Counted from the stretch's first letter, positions 27,642 to 35,670 are shown. The stretch is 36,128 bases of DNA from a virus (IMGVR_UViG_3300030372_003559:1-36128); one strand, 5' to 3'. Translations and numbers: made by a program. The notes: a model not told the origin generated them from the letters alone.

Positions 27642-27745
27642 CTTGTTTTAAGGACTTGACTCATTTTGACATATTTGTGAGTTTTGGTATCTCCACGTCC
27701 TTCCTATTGCCTATACGCCTCTATGCCTGATTTGCACGATCCTTG

Positions 27746-27785
27746 AGTAAATACTTACTTACTTAGCAAGTAAACACTTACTTAC
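27746..27785. repeat. Two 17-bp direct repeats, each with an AGTAA-N4-TTACT palindrome
   Basis: AGTAAATACTTACTTAC 27746-27762 and AGTAAACACTTACTTAC 27769-27785. Confidence 0.8.
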
Positions 27786-27884
27786 CATAAATTGAGTTAC
27801 CTGGATCACTTAAAGTTATACTTTAACCATACAAATTTTAAAAAAAGCCAAAAAATGCTTGTTATAAACAGGCGAAAAGCGTGG

Positions 27885-27976
27885 TTAAAAAGACATTTTA
27901 AAAACTAAATAAAGACATTTAAAAAGATATATTAAAAGATATTTAAAGCACTTAAAAAGCAATTTAAAAAGAATTA
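27885..27976. repeat. Degenerate 9-13 bp A-tract tandem array
   Basis: Units such as TAAAAAGACATTT, TAAAGACATT, TAAAAAGATATAT, TAAAAGATATT, TAAAAAGCAATT. Confidence 0.7.
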
Positions 27977-28169
27977 TTATTGTTTATAGTCTTATATATA
28001 AGAAGTTGTATTGATGCCGTCGCAAAAATGTATTAAATATTCATAAAAAGTTCTTGACTTTCTCAATTTGGCTTAAATTTAGCGTTTTTTGGAGGTTTTT
28101 TTGTTTTGTAGTATGTTATCTTGGAAAAGTAATAAAACTAATTTTCATAAGGAGAGTTACATTTATTAC

Positions 28170-28198
28170 TTGCATATAATAAATTTATTTAGTATAGA
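28170..28198 (+). promoter_or_regulatory. Candidate sigma70-type early promoter
   Basis: TTGCAT-17nt-TATAGA upstream of the first early gene; region is very AT-rich so chance matches are likely. Confidence 0.35.
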
Positions 28199-28320
28199 AA
28201 TAAAATTAAATAAAATTAATTAAATAAGTAACAAAAAAGTATTTGCTTTATATATATATTTATTACTTATATTAATAATGTTAATAATGTTACTTATAAA
28301 TAAATAAAGGAATTAATAAA

Positions 28321-28545
28321 ATGAATACAAAACATAAATTAAATATAAAAGCTTTAAATATAATTGACAATCACAAAAAAAATATTGATAAATATAATAA
28401 AATGATTAAAGATCTATATAATAAAAAATCAACTAAGGGTTTGATATTATCTCCAAAAAATAAACACAAACTTGATTTTTTAATTAATAAAAGAAATATT
28501 GAATATAAAATTATTGAATCAATTAGAAATTTATTAAGTAAATAA
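28321..28545 (+). CDS. Early hypothetical protein
   Basis: 74 aa, AAAGGA SD. Confidence 0.7.
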   Translation: MNTKHKLNIKALNIIDNHKKNIDKYNKMIKDLYNKKSTKGLILSPKNKHKLDFLINKRNIEYKIIESIRNLLSK

Positions 28546-28572
28546 ATAACAATAAACGAAAGGACTTAAAAA

Positions 28573-28875
28573 ATGAAAAATTACGAAATAAGAATAAATA
28601 ATAATAATAAATATCAAAATATTAAAATTAATCACGCTAGACAAATTCAAGCATATTTTGGTAATACTAATAATATAATATTAAAAGATACGAGACATAA
28701 TAAAAGAGTAATATTGCCTTATGATTATGCACAAGATGGATTAAAAGAAATTGCTTTAAATTATTTAAATAATAAATGTAAAATTAAAATTGATTCATTT
28801 ACTTGTGTAGAAGGTAATAAAACAATAATTTATTTTAACACTTTAGATTTTGCAACACAAATCAAGAAAGGATAA
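28573..28875 (+). CDS. Early hypothetical protein
   Basis: 100 aa, GAAAGGA SD. Confidence 0.75.
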   Translation: MKNYEIRINNNNKYQNIKINHARQIQAYFGNTNNIILKDTRHNKRVILPYDYAQDGLKEIALNYLNNKCKIKIDSFTCVEGNKTIIYFNTLDFATQIKKG

Positions 28876-28877
28876 AA

Positions 28878-29036
28878 ATGTATCATATTAAAAATATTAT
28901 AAATGCAATTTACGACGATTTAACACAATTAGATCATGAATTGCACGAATTAGGAAACAAAGAACAAATAATTCAAAGTGCAGAATTTAAAGAGTTATTA
29001 AACATTATTGATAATTTTGCAAATAATTATAAATAG
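28878..29036 (+). CDS. Early 52 aa protein (not in track)
   Basis: GAAAGGATAA SD; MYHIKNIINAIYDDL...NNYK*. Confidence 0.7.
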   Translation: MYHIKNIINAIYDDLTQLDHELHELGNKEQIIQSAEFKELLNIIDNFANNYK

Positions 29037-29047
29037 AAAGGCATAAA

Positions 29048-29140
29048 ATGAAACACAAATTAAAACCATTAAGCAAAAAAACAATTAAAGAAATAGATAA
29101 TATAATTTCTAAAGAAATAAAAAAAGCATTAAAAAAATAG
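29048..29140 (+). CDS. Early 30 aa basic peptide (not in track)
   Basis: MKHKLKPLSKKTIKEIDNIISKEIKKALKK* between two junction motifs. Confidence 0.6.
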   Translation: MKHKLKPLSKKTIKEIDNIISKEIKKALKK

Positions 29141-29151
29141 AAAGGTATAAA

Positions 29152-29298
29152 ATGAAACATATAATAATCAAAACACTATTAACAATATTTTTCTTACTTG
29201 CTTTGAGTGGATCGGAACATTTGTTTGTTTATCCTATCGCGTTATTATGTTTTGGCATCGCTTACAAGCTAGACACCAACAAAAGATATTTCTTATAA
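29152..29298 (+). CDS. Early 48 aa membrane peptide (not in track)
   Basis: MKHIIIKTLLTIFFLLALSGSEHLFVYPIALLCFGIAYKL...; two short hydrophobic segments. Confidence 0.65.
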   Translation: MKHIIIKTLLTIFFLLALSGSEHLFVYPIALLCFGIAYKLDTNKRYFL

Positions 29299-29318
29299 AT
29301 AGAAAGGATAATTAAAAA

Positions 29319-29441
29319 ATGAGTTGTGATATATGTGGTAAAAAAACAAAAGTAAATGAAAAAATAGAGTATAGGACTTTGAATTATTATAATATATGTA
29401 ATTCAAAAAAATGTAAAGAAATTGTAAAAAAAGAATTATAA
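29319..29441 (+). CDS. Early 40 aa Zn-finger peptide (not in track)
   Basis: MSCDICGK...ICNSKKCKE. Confidence 0.7.
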   Translation: MSCDICGKKTKVNEKIEYRTLNYYNICNSKKCKEIVKKEL

Positions 29442-29461
29442 ATAAAAAGGATAATTTAAAA

Positions 29462-29665
29462 ATGGAAATTCAAAGAATAGAAATAATGTGTAGTAATACA
29501 ACTTCTAAATGTAAAAAATGTAAAAATAAAAGTAATTATCATATTTTAGATTGGAAACATTCCGAAGATAATTATAATACATCTCAATTTTTTAATAATG
29601 ATATTTATTATAATTTATGCAATATTTGTATTAAGAAATTAGAAAATCAATTAATAAAACTTTAA
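29462..29665 (+). CDS. Early Zn-finger protein
   Basis: CKKC...LCNIC; junction-motif SD. Confidence 0.7.
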   Translation: MEIQRIEIMCSNTTSKCKKCKNKSNYHILDWKHSEDNYNTSQFFNNDIYYNLCNICIKKLENQLIKL

Positions 29666-29690
29666 TTATAAATAAAAAGGATAAAAAACA

Positions 29691-30167
29691 ATGAAAAACA
29701 TAATGACAAAAGCACTTAAAAAAATAAGCAAAAATAAATTCAGATATACTGAATTTCAAAACATTATTTGGCAAATTAATAACAATAAAGGCAAAGCACC
29801 AAGAGGTTATTATTGCACAAATATTACAGAAATGAAACGATTAGGAATTATAAAACAAGATAATAATAAAAAATATTACATAACCAAAAGAGGCTTTAAA
29901 AACATTGAAACACCTTATAAGAAAGGTTATGATTTTTTTATTGAACAAAATAAAAAACTATCTAAAACATTAAACAAAACATTTCACGAACTAAATAGAA
30001 TTAAATATTCACAATTAAATGATGTTAATGATAAACAATGTATTGATGCTATTGAATACCTATTTGAGCAAGGTTTTATTGATGAAATGACAACAGATAA
30101 AAGATATTATACAAATATATTATTAAACAAAGTTGCTAATGTTTTAGGCATAAAATTAGTTAGATAA
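29691..30167 (+). CDS. Early hypothetical protein, possible winged helix
   Basis: 158 aa; ...MKRLGIIKQDNNKKYYITKRG wing-like segment. Confidence 0.65.
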   Translation: MKNIMTKALKKISKNKFRYTEFQNIIWQINNNKGKAPRGYYCTNITEMKRLGIIKQDNNKKYYITKRGFKNIETPYKKGYDFFIEQNKKLSKTLNKTFHELNRIKYSQLNDVNDKQCIDAIEYLFEQGFIDEMTTDKRYYTNILLNKVANVLGIKLVR

Positions 30168-30205
30168 CATATTTTAACAATTATAAATAGAAAGGATAAT
30201 TTAAA

Positions 30206-30361
30206 ATGATAAAATGGACCATATACTTAAAAAATGCAGATAAAATACATATTGACTTTTCTGATAAGCAATTCCAAAAAATTAAAAAAGATATTGTCAA
30301 AACAAATTTTGATGGATCATATACTTTAAAAAATGGTGATGTTATCCAAGTTTATAAATAA
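30206..30361 (+). CDS. Early 51 aa protein (not in track)
   Basis: Junction-motif SD; MIKWTIYLKNADKIHIDF...VIQVYK*. Confidence 0.7.
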   Translation: MIKWTIYLKNADKIHIDFSDKQFQKIKKDIVKTNFDGSYTLKNGDVIQVYK

Positions 30362-30430
30362 CTTGTATATTATAAATTATATTAATAATTTTAATTATAA
30401 ATATTACTTTATATTTTGAAAGGATAAAAA

Positions 30431-30637
30431 ATGTTAGATGAAATTAAAAGACTATTAAACGACTATCTTGATGAGGTTAAAAACGATGATAAACCTATTA
30501 ACCTTAAAGAACAACACATAAACGAAGGTATTATTGAAGGTATAGAGTATAGTATAAAAACTATAGATGTCGTCGCAAATCAGAACAAAGAAATACCTAT
30601 TTTTAAAGGTACTTTAAAACAATTAAATGAATTATAA
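30431..30637 (+). CDS. Early hypothetical protein
   Basis: 68 aa, GAAAGGATAA SD. Confidence 0.7.
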   Translation: MLDEIKRLLNDYLDEVKNDDKPINLKEQHINEGIIEGIEYSIKTIDVVANQNKEIPIFKGTLKQLNEL

Positions 30638-30669
30638 AAAAGCTAAATAATTTTTAGAAAGGATAAACA

Positions 30670-30816
30670 ATGAATAAACAAAATGTATATAAAAAACTTA
30701 AAAAGGAATTTGAAGCGGCACTAACCGAATCCAGGATTTGGAATGACGGAGCAATGTTGTTAAATGATGTGGCAATATTTGACATATTAGAAAATGTATT
30801 TGAGGAGAAAAAATGA
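30670..30816 (+). CDS. Early 48 aa protein (not in track)
   Basis: GAAAGGATAA SD; MNKQNVYKKLKKEF...EEKK*. Confidence 0.65.
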   Translation: MNKQNVYKKLKKEFEAALTESRIWNDGAMLLNDVAIFDILENVFEEKK

Positions 30817-30950
30817 ACGAAGCATTATGTGATACCTGTTACGAATCAAAAGCAAGTATAGCAGAAGGAACAGAGCTATTTTGTTCAACTTGCTTTGTTA
30901 AAAAACTAAAAGATGAAGGAGATTACGATGAAAATGACTTTTGGTACTAA
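30813..30950 (+). CDS. Early 45 aa Zn-finger peptide (not in track)
   Basis: GAGGAG SD, ATGA overlap; CDTC...FCSTC. Confidence 0.65.
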   Translation: MNEALCDTCYESKASIAEGTELFCSTCFVKKLKDEGDYDENDFWY

Positions 30951-31113
30951 ATCAGATGAGATGACTGATATGGACTTAATATTATGTGAATATCAAACTA
31001 AATTTTACGAATTACTAAAAATATGTTTAGATATAGATCATAATTCTAATCCATCATACATCAAATCACAGATAGATCAATTCAAAGAAAAATGGTATAT
31101 CGATGAATTATAA
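30913..31113 (+). CDS. Early hypothetical protein
   Basis: 66 aa ORF; AAGGAG suggests the real start is ATG 30928. Confidence 0.65.
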   Translation: MKEITMKMTFGTKSDEMTDMDLILCEYQTKFYELLKICLDIDHNSNPSYIKSQIDQFKEKWYIDEL

Positions 31114-31253
31114 AATTGATAAATATTTTACTTTTATACTTATAATTATTATTATAATTTTGATAACTAATTTAAGTATGTTAGTATTGATTTACGATAT
31201 AATGGACAAGATATATTTCATATTTAGAACTATAAAATAAGAAAGGATAAACA

Positions 31254-31508
31254 ATGACAATCAGAAAGCATATATTGAATTACCTCTACCAGGTTAAAGA
31301 AAGTATTGGAGAAAAGACCTTTAGAACGTCTGATATACAAGACTTAAGCTTTGAAGGTTTACAGAGGTTTGGAAAAAGACTAGGTAGCAGTAGTAGCTAT
31401 GAACGTGAGTTTCGTAGTATGCGACAAGATAGCATAGTCCAGGTCAAGAAAGTTGCAAGACTGCCTCGACAAAGACAAACATCTTGGATATTAACAGACA
31501 TAATATAG
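31254..31508 (+). CDS. Hypothetical protein, possible HTH DNA-binding
   Basis: 84 aa, GAAAGGATAA SD; SSSYEREFRSMRQ helix followed by beta hairpin. Confidence 0.65.
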   Translation: MTIRKHILNYLYQVKESIGEKTFRTSDIQDLSFEGLQRFGKRLGSSSSYEREFRSMRQDSIVQVKKVARLPRQRQTSWILTDII

Positions 31509-31519
31509 AAAGGAATAAA

Positions 31520-31645
31520 ATGGATAAAAAATATTTACTGCAAGTTGATTCTGACTTATGGACTAAACTAAAAGTTAAAACTGCAAAAGATAATATTACT
31601 ATCAAACAAAAATTGATAGATTTGATAAAAAACTATGCAAGTTAG
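31520..31645 (+). CDS. 41 aa ribbon-helix-helix (Arc/CopG/ParG-like) regulator (not in track)
   Basis: MDKKYLLQVDSDLWTKLKVKTAKDNITIKQKLIDLIKNYAS*: strand-helix-helix pattern; GAAAGGA SD. Confidence 0.7.
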   Translation: MDKKYLLQVDSDLWTKLKVKTAKDNITIKQKLIDLIKNYAS

Positions 31646-31672
31646 AATTATAAATAAGGATATTATTTTAAA

Positions 31673-31706
31673 AAGAAAAAGAGCCTAATTAAAGGCTCTT
31701 GTTCTT
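31673..31706. terminator. Hairpin, probable (possibly bidirectional) intrinsic terminator
   Basis: AAGAAAAAGAGCCT-aattaa-AGGCTCTTGTTCTT. Confidence 0.7.
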
Positions 31707-31791
31707 CGATAAACAATGAAAGGAATTAACATTAAAACTACCATACAAATATAGATGTATTTGTAGGTTACTTACAAATGAAAGGAAATAA

Positions 31792-32268
31792 ATGACAAAT
31801 TACTTAAACGAAATAGCAACTGCATTAATGGAGGCTCAAAAAGAGTTAGTAAATGGAGTTGTAAAAAATTCAAAGAATCCACATTTTGGTTCAGACTATG
31901 CAGACTTAAAAGCAGTTTTAGAAACAAGTCTTGAAATATTACCTAAATATGGCTTATCAGTTACACAAGGATCAGAATGGCGCGATGGTGTCTTCCTGGT
32001 TACTTGTAAATTAATGCACACATCAGGTCAAATGTTATCATCAGAAATAATGATGCCTGTCAAAGATAGGAAAGGCAATGTAACACCTCATACGGTTGGA
32101 CAAGCTATGACATATGGTAGAAGATATTTACTAACTGCTATGCTTGGACTTGGACAAAAAGATGATGATGGTAATGAAATGTCTATACCAAAAGATGATC
32201 TACCTTTGAATAAATCAGGTAAGAGTTATAGTAAAAAGAAAATACAATTCGATATAAACGAATTATAA
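31792..32268 (+). CDS. erf: ERF-family single-strand annealing recombinase
   Basis: KNPHFGSDYADL, LMHTSGQ, GQAMTYGRRYLL..MLGL...DDDG. Confidence 0.92.
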   Translation: MTNYLNEIATALMEAQKELVNGVVKNSKNPHFGSDYADLKAVLETSLEILPKYGLSVTQGSEWRDGVFLVTCKLMHTSGQMLSSEIMMPVKDRKGNVTPHTVGQAMTYGRRYLLTAMLGLGQKDDDGNEMSIPKDDLPLNKSGKSYSKKKIQFDINEL

Positions 32269-32283
32269 ATTAAAGGAGTAATT

Positions 32284-32541
32284 ATGGAGTTAGAAGAAAA
32301 TATGAAATACAACATAGCAGCACATGGTATTCACAAAGAAAATGTTAGATTTATGAATTATATCATTACAAATGATAAATTTGAATATTTTGATGAAGAA
32401 AATGTACATATGCTATTTGGTTGTTTACTACAAAGCACTATGCAACAAATGTTAATGTACGAAACTGATGAACAAGTTAAGCTAAAAGTAAATGCCTATT
32501 TAAAAACTGCCATGAATGGTACAGAAATGTCAAAATCATAA
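32284..32541 (+). CDS. Hypothetical protein
   Basis: 85 aa, AAAGGAG SD. Confidence 0.7.
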   Translation: MELEENMKYNIAAHGIHKENVRFMNYIITNDKFEYFDEENVHMLFGCLLQSTMQQMLMYETDEQVKLKVNAYLKTAMNGTEMSKS

Positions 32542-32551
32542 GGAGAAAAAA

Positions 32552-32782
32552 ATGGAATATGACAACACAAACAAAGGTGTTTTATTTGTAAATGACGGAA
32601 AAGACACAAATAATCCAGACGATAAAAAGCCTGATATGACAGGCAAGTTAAATGTAGATGGTGCAGAATTTCGCATCGCTGCTTGGAAAAAAGTTGCTAC
32701 AAATAGTGGCAAAGCTTTCTTATCTCTAAGTATAAATTTAGCTGATAATTTAAAGTCCGAAGATGATGGAATGCCATTCTAA
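32552..32782 (+). CDS. Small SSB-like protein with acidic tail
   Basis: YDNTNKGVLF.N...KPDMTGKLNVDG.EFRIAAW...FLSLS and C-terminal EDDGMPF; AAGGAG SD before ATG 32552. Confidence 0.7.
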   Translation: MEYDNTNKGVLFVNDGKDTNNPDDKKPDMTGKLNVDGAEFRIAAWKKVATNSGKAFLSLSINLADNLKSEDDGMPF

Positions 32783-33534
32783 TGGCTAAACGATTCACAG
32801 ATACTCAAAAATGGAACAAGTCTTGGTTTATGGACTTAGAGCCTAAAGATAAGCTTTTGTGGATATATATGACCGATTCTTGCGATCATGCAGGTGTTTG
32901 GGAAGTAAATTGGAAGCTGACCTCGTTTATGGTTGGCTTCCAGGTTACAAAACTACCAAAAAGCTTTGAAAAGCAAATTATAAAAATAAGTGATAAAAAA
33001 TATTGGTTAAGTGATTTTTGTGAATTTCAATATGGAACTTTAAATCCTAATGTAAATGCACATAAGTCTGTTATAGGTATTTTAACTAAACATAATATTA
33101 TAAATTCAACTCTTGATCAACCCTTAAATAACTCATCATTAGGAGTTAAAGATAAAGATAAGGATAAGGATCAAGTTAAAGTCAAAAAGGATGTTAGGTT
33201 TAAAAGTCCAAGCTTAGATGAAATTATAAATTACTTTAAAAAAATGAAATATCCTGACTTTAAAAACCAAGCAGAAAAGTTTTTTTACTTTTACGAGTCT
33301 AAAGGTTGGATGGTAGGTAAGAATAAGATGAGGAATTGGCATATGGCGGCAGGAAACTGGAATAAAAATAATATGGAAAATAATAAAAATAATATTGTAG
33401 ATTTGAGCGATGAGAAAATGCAGAAAGAAAGACGACAATTTCGTAAACAACAACAAAAATATGAAGAACGATCTGCATCTCCAGAAGAAATTAGAGAAAT
33501 TATGTCCAAAGTTTCCAAACGGATGGTGGGTTAA
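32782..33534 (+). CDS. Replication initiator protein (lambda O-like architecture)
   Basis: MAKRFTDT.KW...WF..L N-domain, DKDKDKD linker, C-domain EKFF.FYESKGW.VGKNKM.NW..A..NW. Confidence 0.75.
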   Translation: MAKRFTDTQKWNKSWFMDLEPKDKLLWIYMTDSCDHAGVWEVNWKLTSFMVGFQVTKLPKSFEKQIIKISDKKYWLSDFCEFQYGTLNPNVNAHKSVIGILTKHNIINSTLDQPLNNSSLGVKDKDKDKDQVKVKKDVRFKSPSLDEIINYFKKMKYPDFKNQAEKFFYFYESKGWMVGKNKMRNWHMAAGNWNKNNMENNKNNIVDLSDEKMQKERRQFRKQQQKYEERSASPEEIREIMSKVSKRMVG

Positions 33535-33763
33535 TGACTATTTTCAGGACTTATATCCATCAAGGCACGACACTCATCGAAAGCATGAACGCCAACAAGA
33601 GCCTTCAGTCGATAAAAAGCTTAGATACTGTACAAAATGTAAAAAAGTATGGGAAATACCACCTATGTTCATGAATTTAAACAAGGAATTGATGTATTAC
33701 GATATTACATCATTAGGAAAAACAAAAAAAATATGCAAAAAATGCAAGGAAAACAATGAGTGA
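33410..33763 (+). CDS. Zn-binding hypothetical protein (start uncertain)
   Basis: YCTKCKKVWE...ICKKC; 5' part overlaps the initiator gene. Confidence 0.6.
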   Translation: MRKCRKKDDNFVNNNKNMKNDLHLQKKLEKLCPKFPNGWWVNDYFQDLYPSRHDTHRKHERQQEPSVDKKLRYCTKCKKVWEIPPMFMNLNKELMYYDITSLGKTKKICKKCKENNE

Positions 33764-34793
33764 ATTAATATTATGGAATAAAATGAAAAACGCAGTAGTA
33801 GAATGTCATTCTGTAGATGAGATAAAACAACTGCGAGATAAAGCTGAGGCTTATAGGTATGCCTTAAAACAAGCTAAAGAGTCGCCAGAAGTTATAAGAA
33901 AGGCAGAAGAAATTAAACTTCGTGCCGAAAGAAGAGCAGGAGAATTATTAAAAGAAACGCCTAAAGCAAAAGGGGGGAATCCTAACTCCTCACAGCCTGT
34001 TAGGGGTTGTGAAACACTTAGTGATATGGGTATTACTTATAATCAATCGTCAAAGTGGCAAAAAATAGCAAACATACCTGAAGAAAAGTTTGAAAATTAT
34101 TTAGAGGTTGAAAAAGAGCTATCTACTAGAGGAGCAATAAGAGTAGCAAGACAGATAGAAAGACAAGAAGAAATACATAAAAAGATTGAAGAAGGAAGAA
34201 ATAAATTAATAGATATAGATTTTAGATTAGGAGATTTTGAAGAGGTTTTATCTGATATGCCTGATAATAGCGTAGATTGCATTATAACTGATCCACCATA
34301 TCCAAAAGAATACATTAATTGTTGGTCTAAATTGGCTAAATTTGCTAAAAGAGTTTTAAAGCCTAATGGTTTTTGCATAGCATATTCAGGACAAATGCAC
34401 TTACCTGAAGTGATTAAAAGAATGAATGAACATTTAGATTATTATTGGACATTTGCATTATATCATGAAGGACAAACTCAGATTGTAAATGGAGTTAATC
34501 TTATATGTAGATGGAAGCCTGTTCTTGTTTATCAAAAAGATAAGAAAAAAATTAAAAATACCTTTCAAGATTACTTTATATCAGAAAGTAGAGAAAAAAA
34601 TAATCATGATTGGCAACAATCAAAATCAGGAGTTTCATACTTAATTGAAATGTTTACTAATCCTGGAGATTTAATTTGTGAACCATTCGCAGGAAGTGGC
34701 ACAACAATATTGGCGGCTATAAACAAAAATAGAAGCATAATAGCATCTGAAATCGATGAAGATACTTATAATATAGCTAAGGCAAATCTATGA
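33756..34793 (+). CDS. DNA N6-adenine/N4-cytosine methyltransferase (beta order) with N-terminal helical/HTH domain
   Basis: ITDPPY precedes EPFAGSGTT; N-domain RAERRAGELL...LSDMGITYNQSSKWQKIA. Confidence 0.92.
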   Translation: MSELILWNKMKNAVVECHSVDEIKQLRDKAEAYRYALKQAKESPEVIRKAEEIKLRAERRAGELLKETPKAKGGNPNSSQPVRGCETLSDMGITYNQSSKWQKIANIPEEKFENYLEVEKELSTRGAIRVARQIERQEEIHKKIEEGRNKLIDIDFRLGDFEEVLSDMPDNSVDCIITDPPYPKEYINCWSKLAKFAKRVLKPNGFCIAYSGQMHLPEVIKRMNEHLDYYWTFALYHEGQTQIVNGVNLICRWKPVLVYQKDKKKIKNTFQDYFISESREKNNHDWQQSKSGVSYLIEMFTNPGDLICEPFAGSGTTILAAINKNRSIIASEIDEDTYNIAKANL

Positions 34794-35275
34794 CTGCAAA
34801 AGAAAGAACAGGAAAAAGAGATAGCGATTTGTTTTTAAGTCGATGGATTAGAAAATATGGTCCTGATTCCAAAACAGGTTTTGGCGTAAGTGATATAGAT
34901 TTTTCAATAGATAATCATAACACTAAAAAAAGTATGATTATAGAGGTTAAAAATAATCAAAATGAAGAATTTTTAAAAGACAATATGTCATCTGATCAAA
35001 AGCAAAAATATATAAAGTTAGCAGAAGCTTTTGAATGTCTTTATCAAACCAAAAAATGGAAAGGTTGGAATTTTTTAGGTTTATACTATATACAGTTTAA
35101 ACGTAGACAATTCAAAGATGGAGTTAGTTTTGCAAAAGTAGATTTAAATACAAGAAAATTCAATTTTAAAAAAAGTTCTGAAAAAGAAATATTAAAATTG
35201 ATTTCTTCAATAAATGATGGATATGAAGAAATATCAAAAATTAGAAGTATTGAATTTTTTAAATCTATTCTTTGA
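34790..35275 (+). CDS. PD-(D/E)XK nuclease-like protein
   Basis: SDIDF...IIEVKN; ATGA overlap with the MTase. Confidence 0.6.
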   Translation: MTAKERTGKRDSDLFLSRWIRKYGPDSKTGFGVSDIDFSIDNHNTKKSMIIEVKNNQNEEFLKDNMSSDQKQKYIKLAEAFECLYQTKKWKGWNFLGLYYIQFKRRQFKDGVSFAKVDLNTRKFNFKKSSEKEILKLISSINDGYEEISKIRSIEFFKSIL

Positions 35276-35466
35276 TAAAATACATAGGCAAACTTGATAG
35301 CAAATGCGATATGTGTAGTAAATATGGAACACATATGTATAAAGATGATAAAAGTTTAATGAAGGCTATGTTCAAAGAGGTAGAATGGGAAGAACAAATA
35401 ATTTGTGAGAGTTGCGCTAGGAGAGAAAGTGGTAAGAAACTCTGGGAGAGAACGAAAAGAAAATGA
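35272..35466 (+). CDS. Small Zn-finger protein
   Basis: CDMC...ICESC; TTGA overlap. Confidence 0.65.
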   Translation: MIKYIGKLDSKCDMCSKYGTHMYKDDKSLMKAMFKEVEWEEQIICESCARRESGKKLWERTKRK

Positions 35467-35655
35467 GTCAGGTTTGAATGTGGCTTGGCTCATTTTCGAA
35501 ATTTACTGGCTGGAAGTTGCAGGATAAAAACTCCTTACATAACAAAGCGGACTGTTCGTCAGTTGTTGGTAACTACTAGATAGTGCGGAAGTGTATAGAA
35601 CTATATTGAGGAGTCAAATCCATATGTATATGTTGCCTTCCGCATCAGTCCGTAC
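35460..35655 (+). ncRNA. Candidate structured non-coding RNA / cis-regulatory element
   Basis: Gap without a convincing ORF, visibly GC-richer than flanks, several complementary stems (see findings); strand assumed from context. Confidence 0.5.
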
Positions 35656-35670
35656 AAAACAAAGGATACA

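Larger units (their letters stand above)
29025..30199 (+). repeat. Dispersed gene-junction motif AATTATAAATA(G/A)AAAGGATAA
   Basis: Copies at 29025-29041, 29135-29145 (partial), 29293-29311, 29434-29454, 29664-29684, 30179-30199. Confidence 0.85.

Noticed and set aside
29025-30199. Junction repeats as a CRISPR array
   Set aside because: Spacing is irregular (about 110-515 nt), the intervening sequences are SD-led ORFs, and no cas genes are present.
35630-35655. CTGATG on the - strand as a hammerhead ribozyme core
   Set aside because: It reads CTGATGCG rather than CUGANGA and lacks a correctly placed GAAA.
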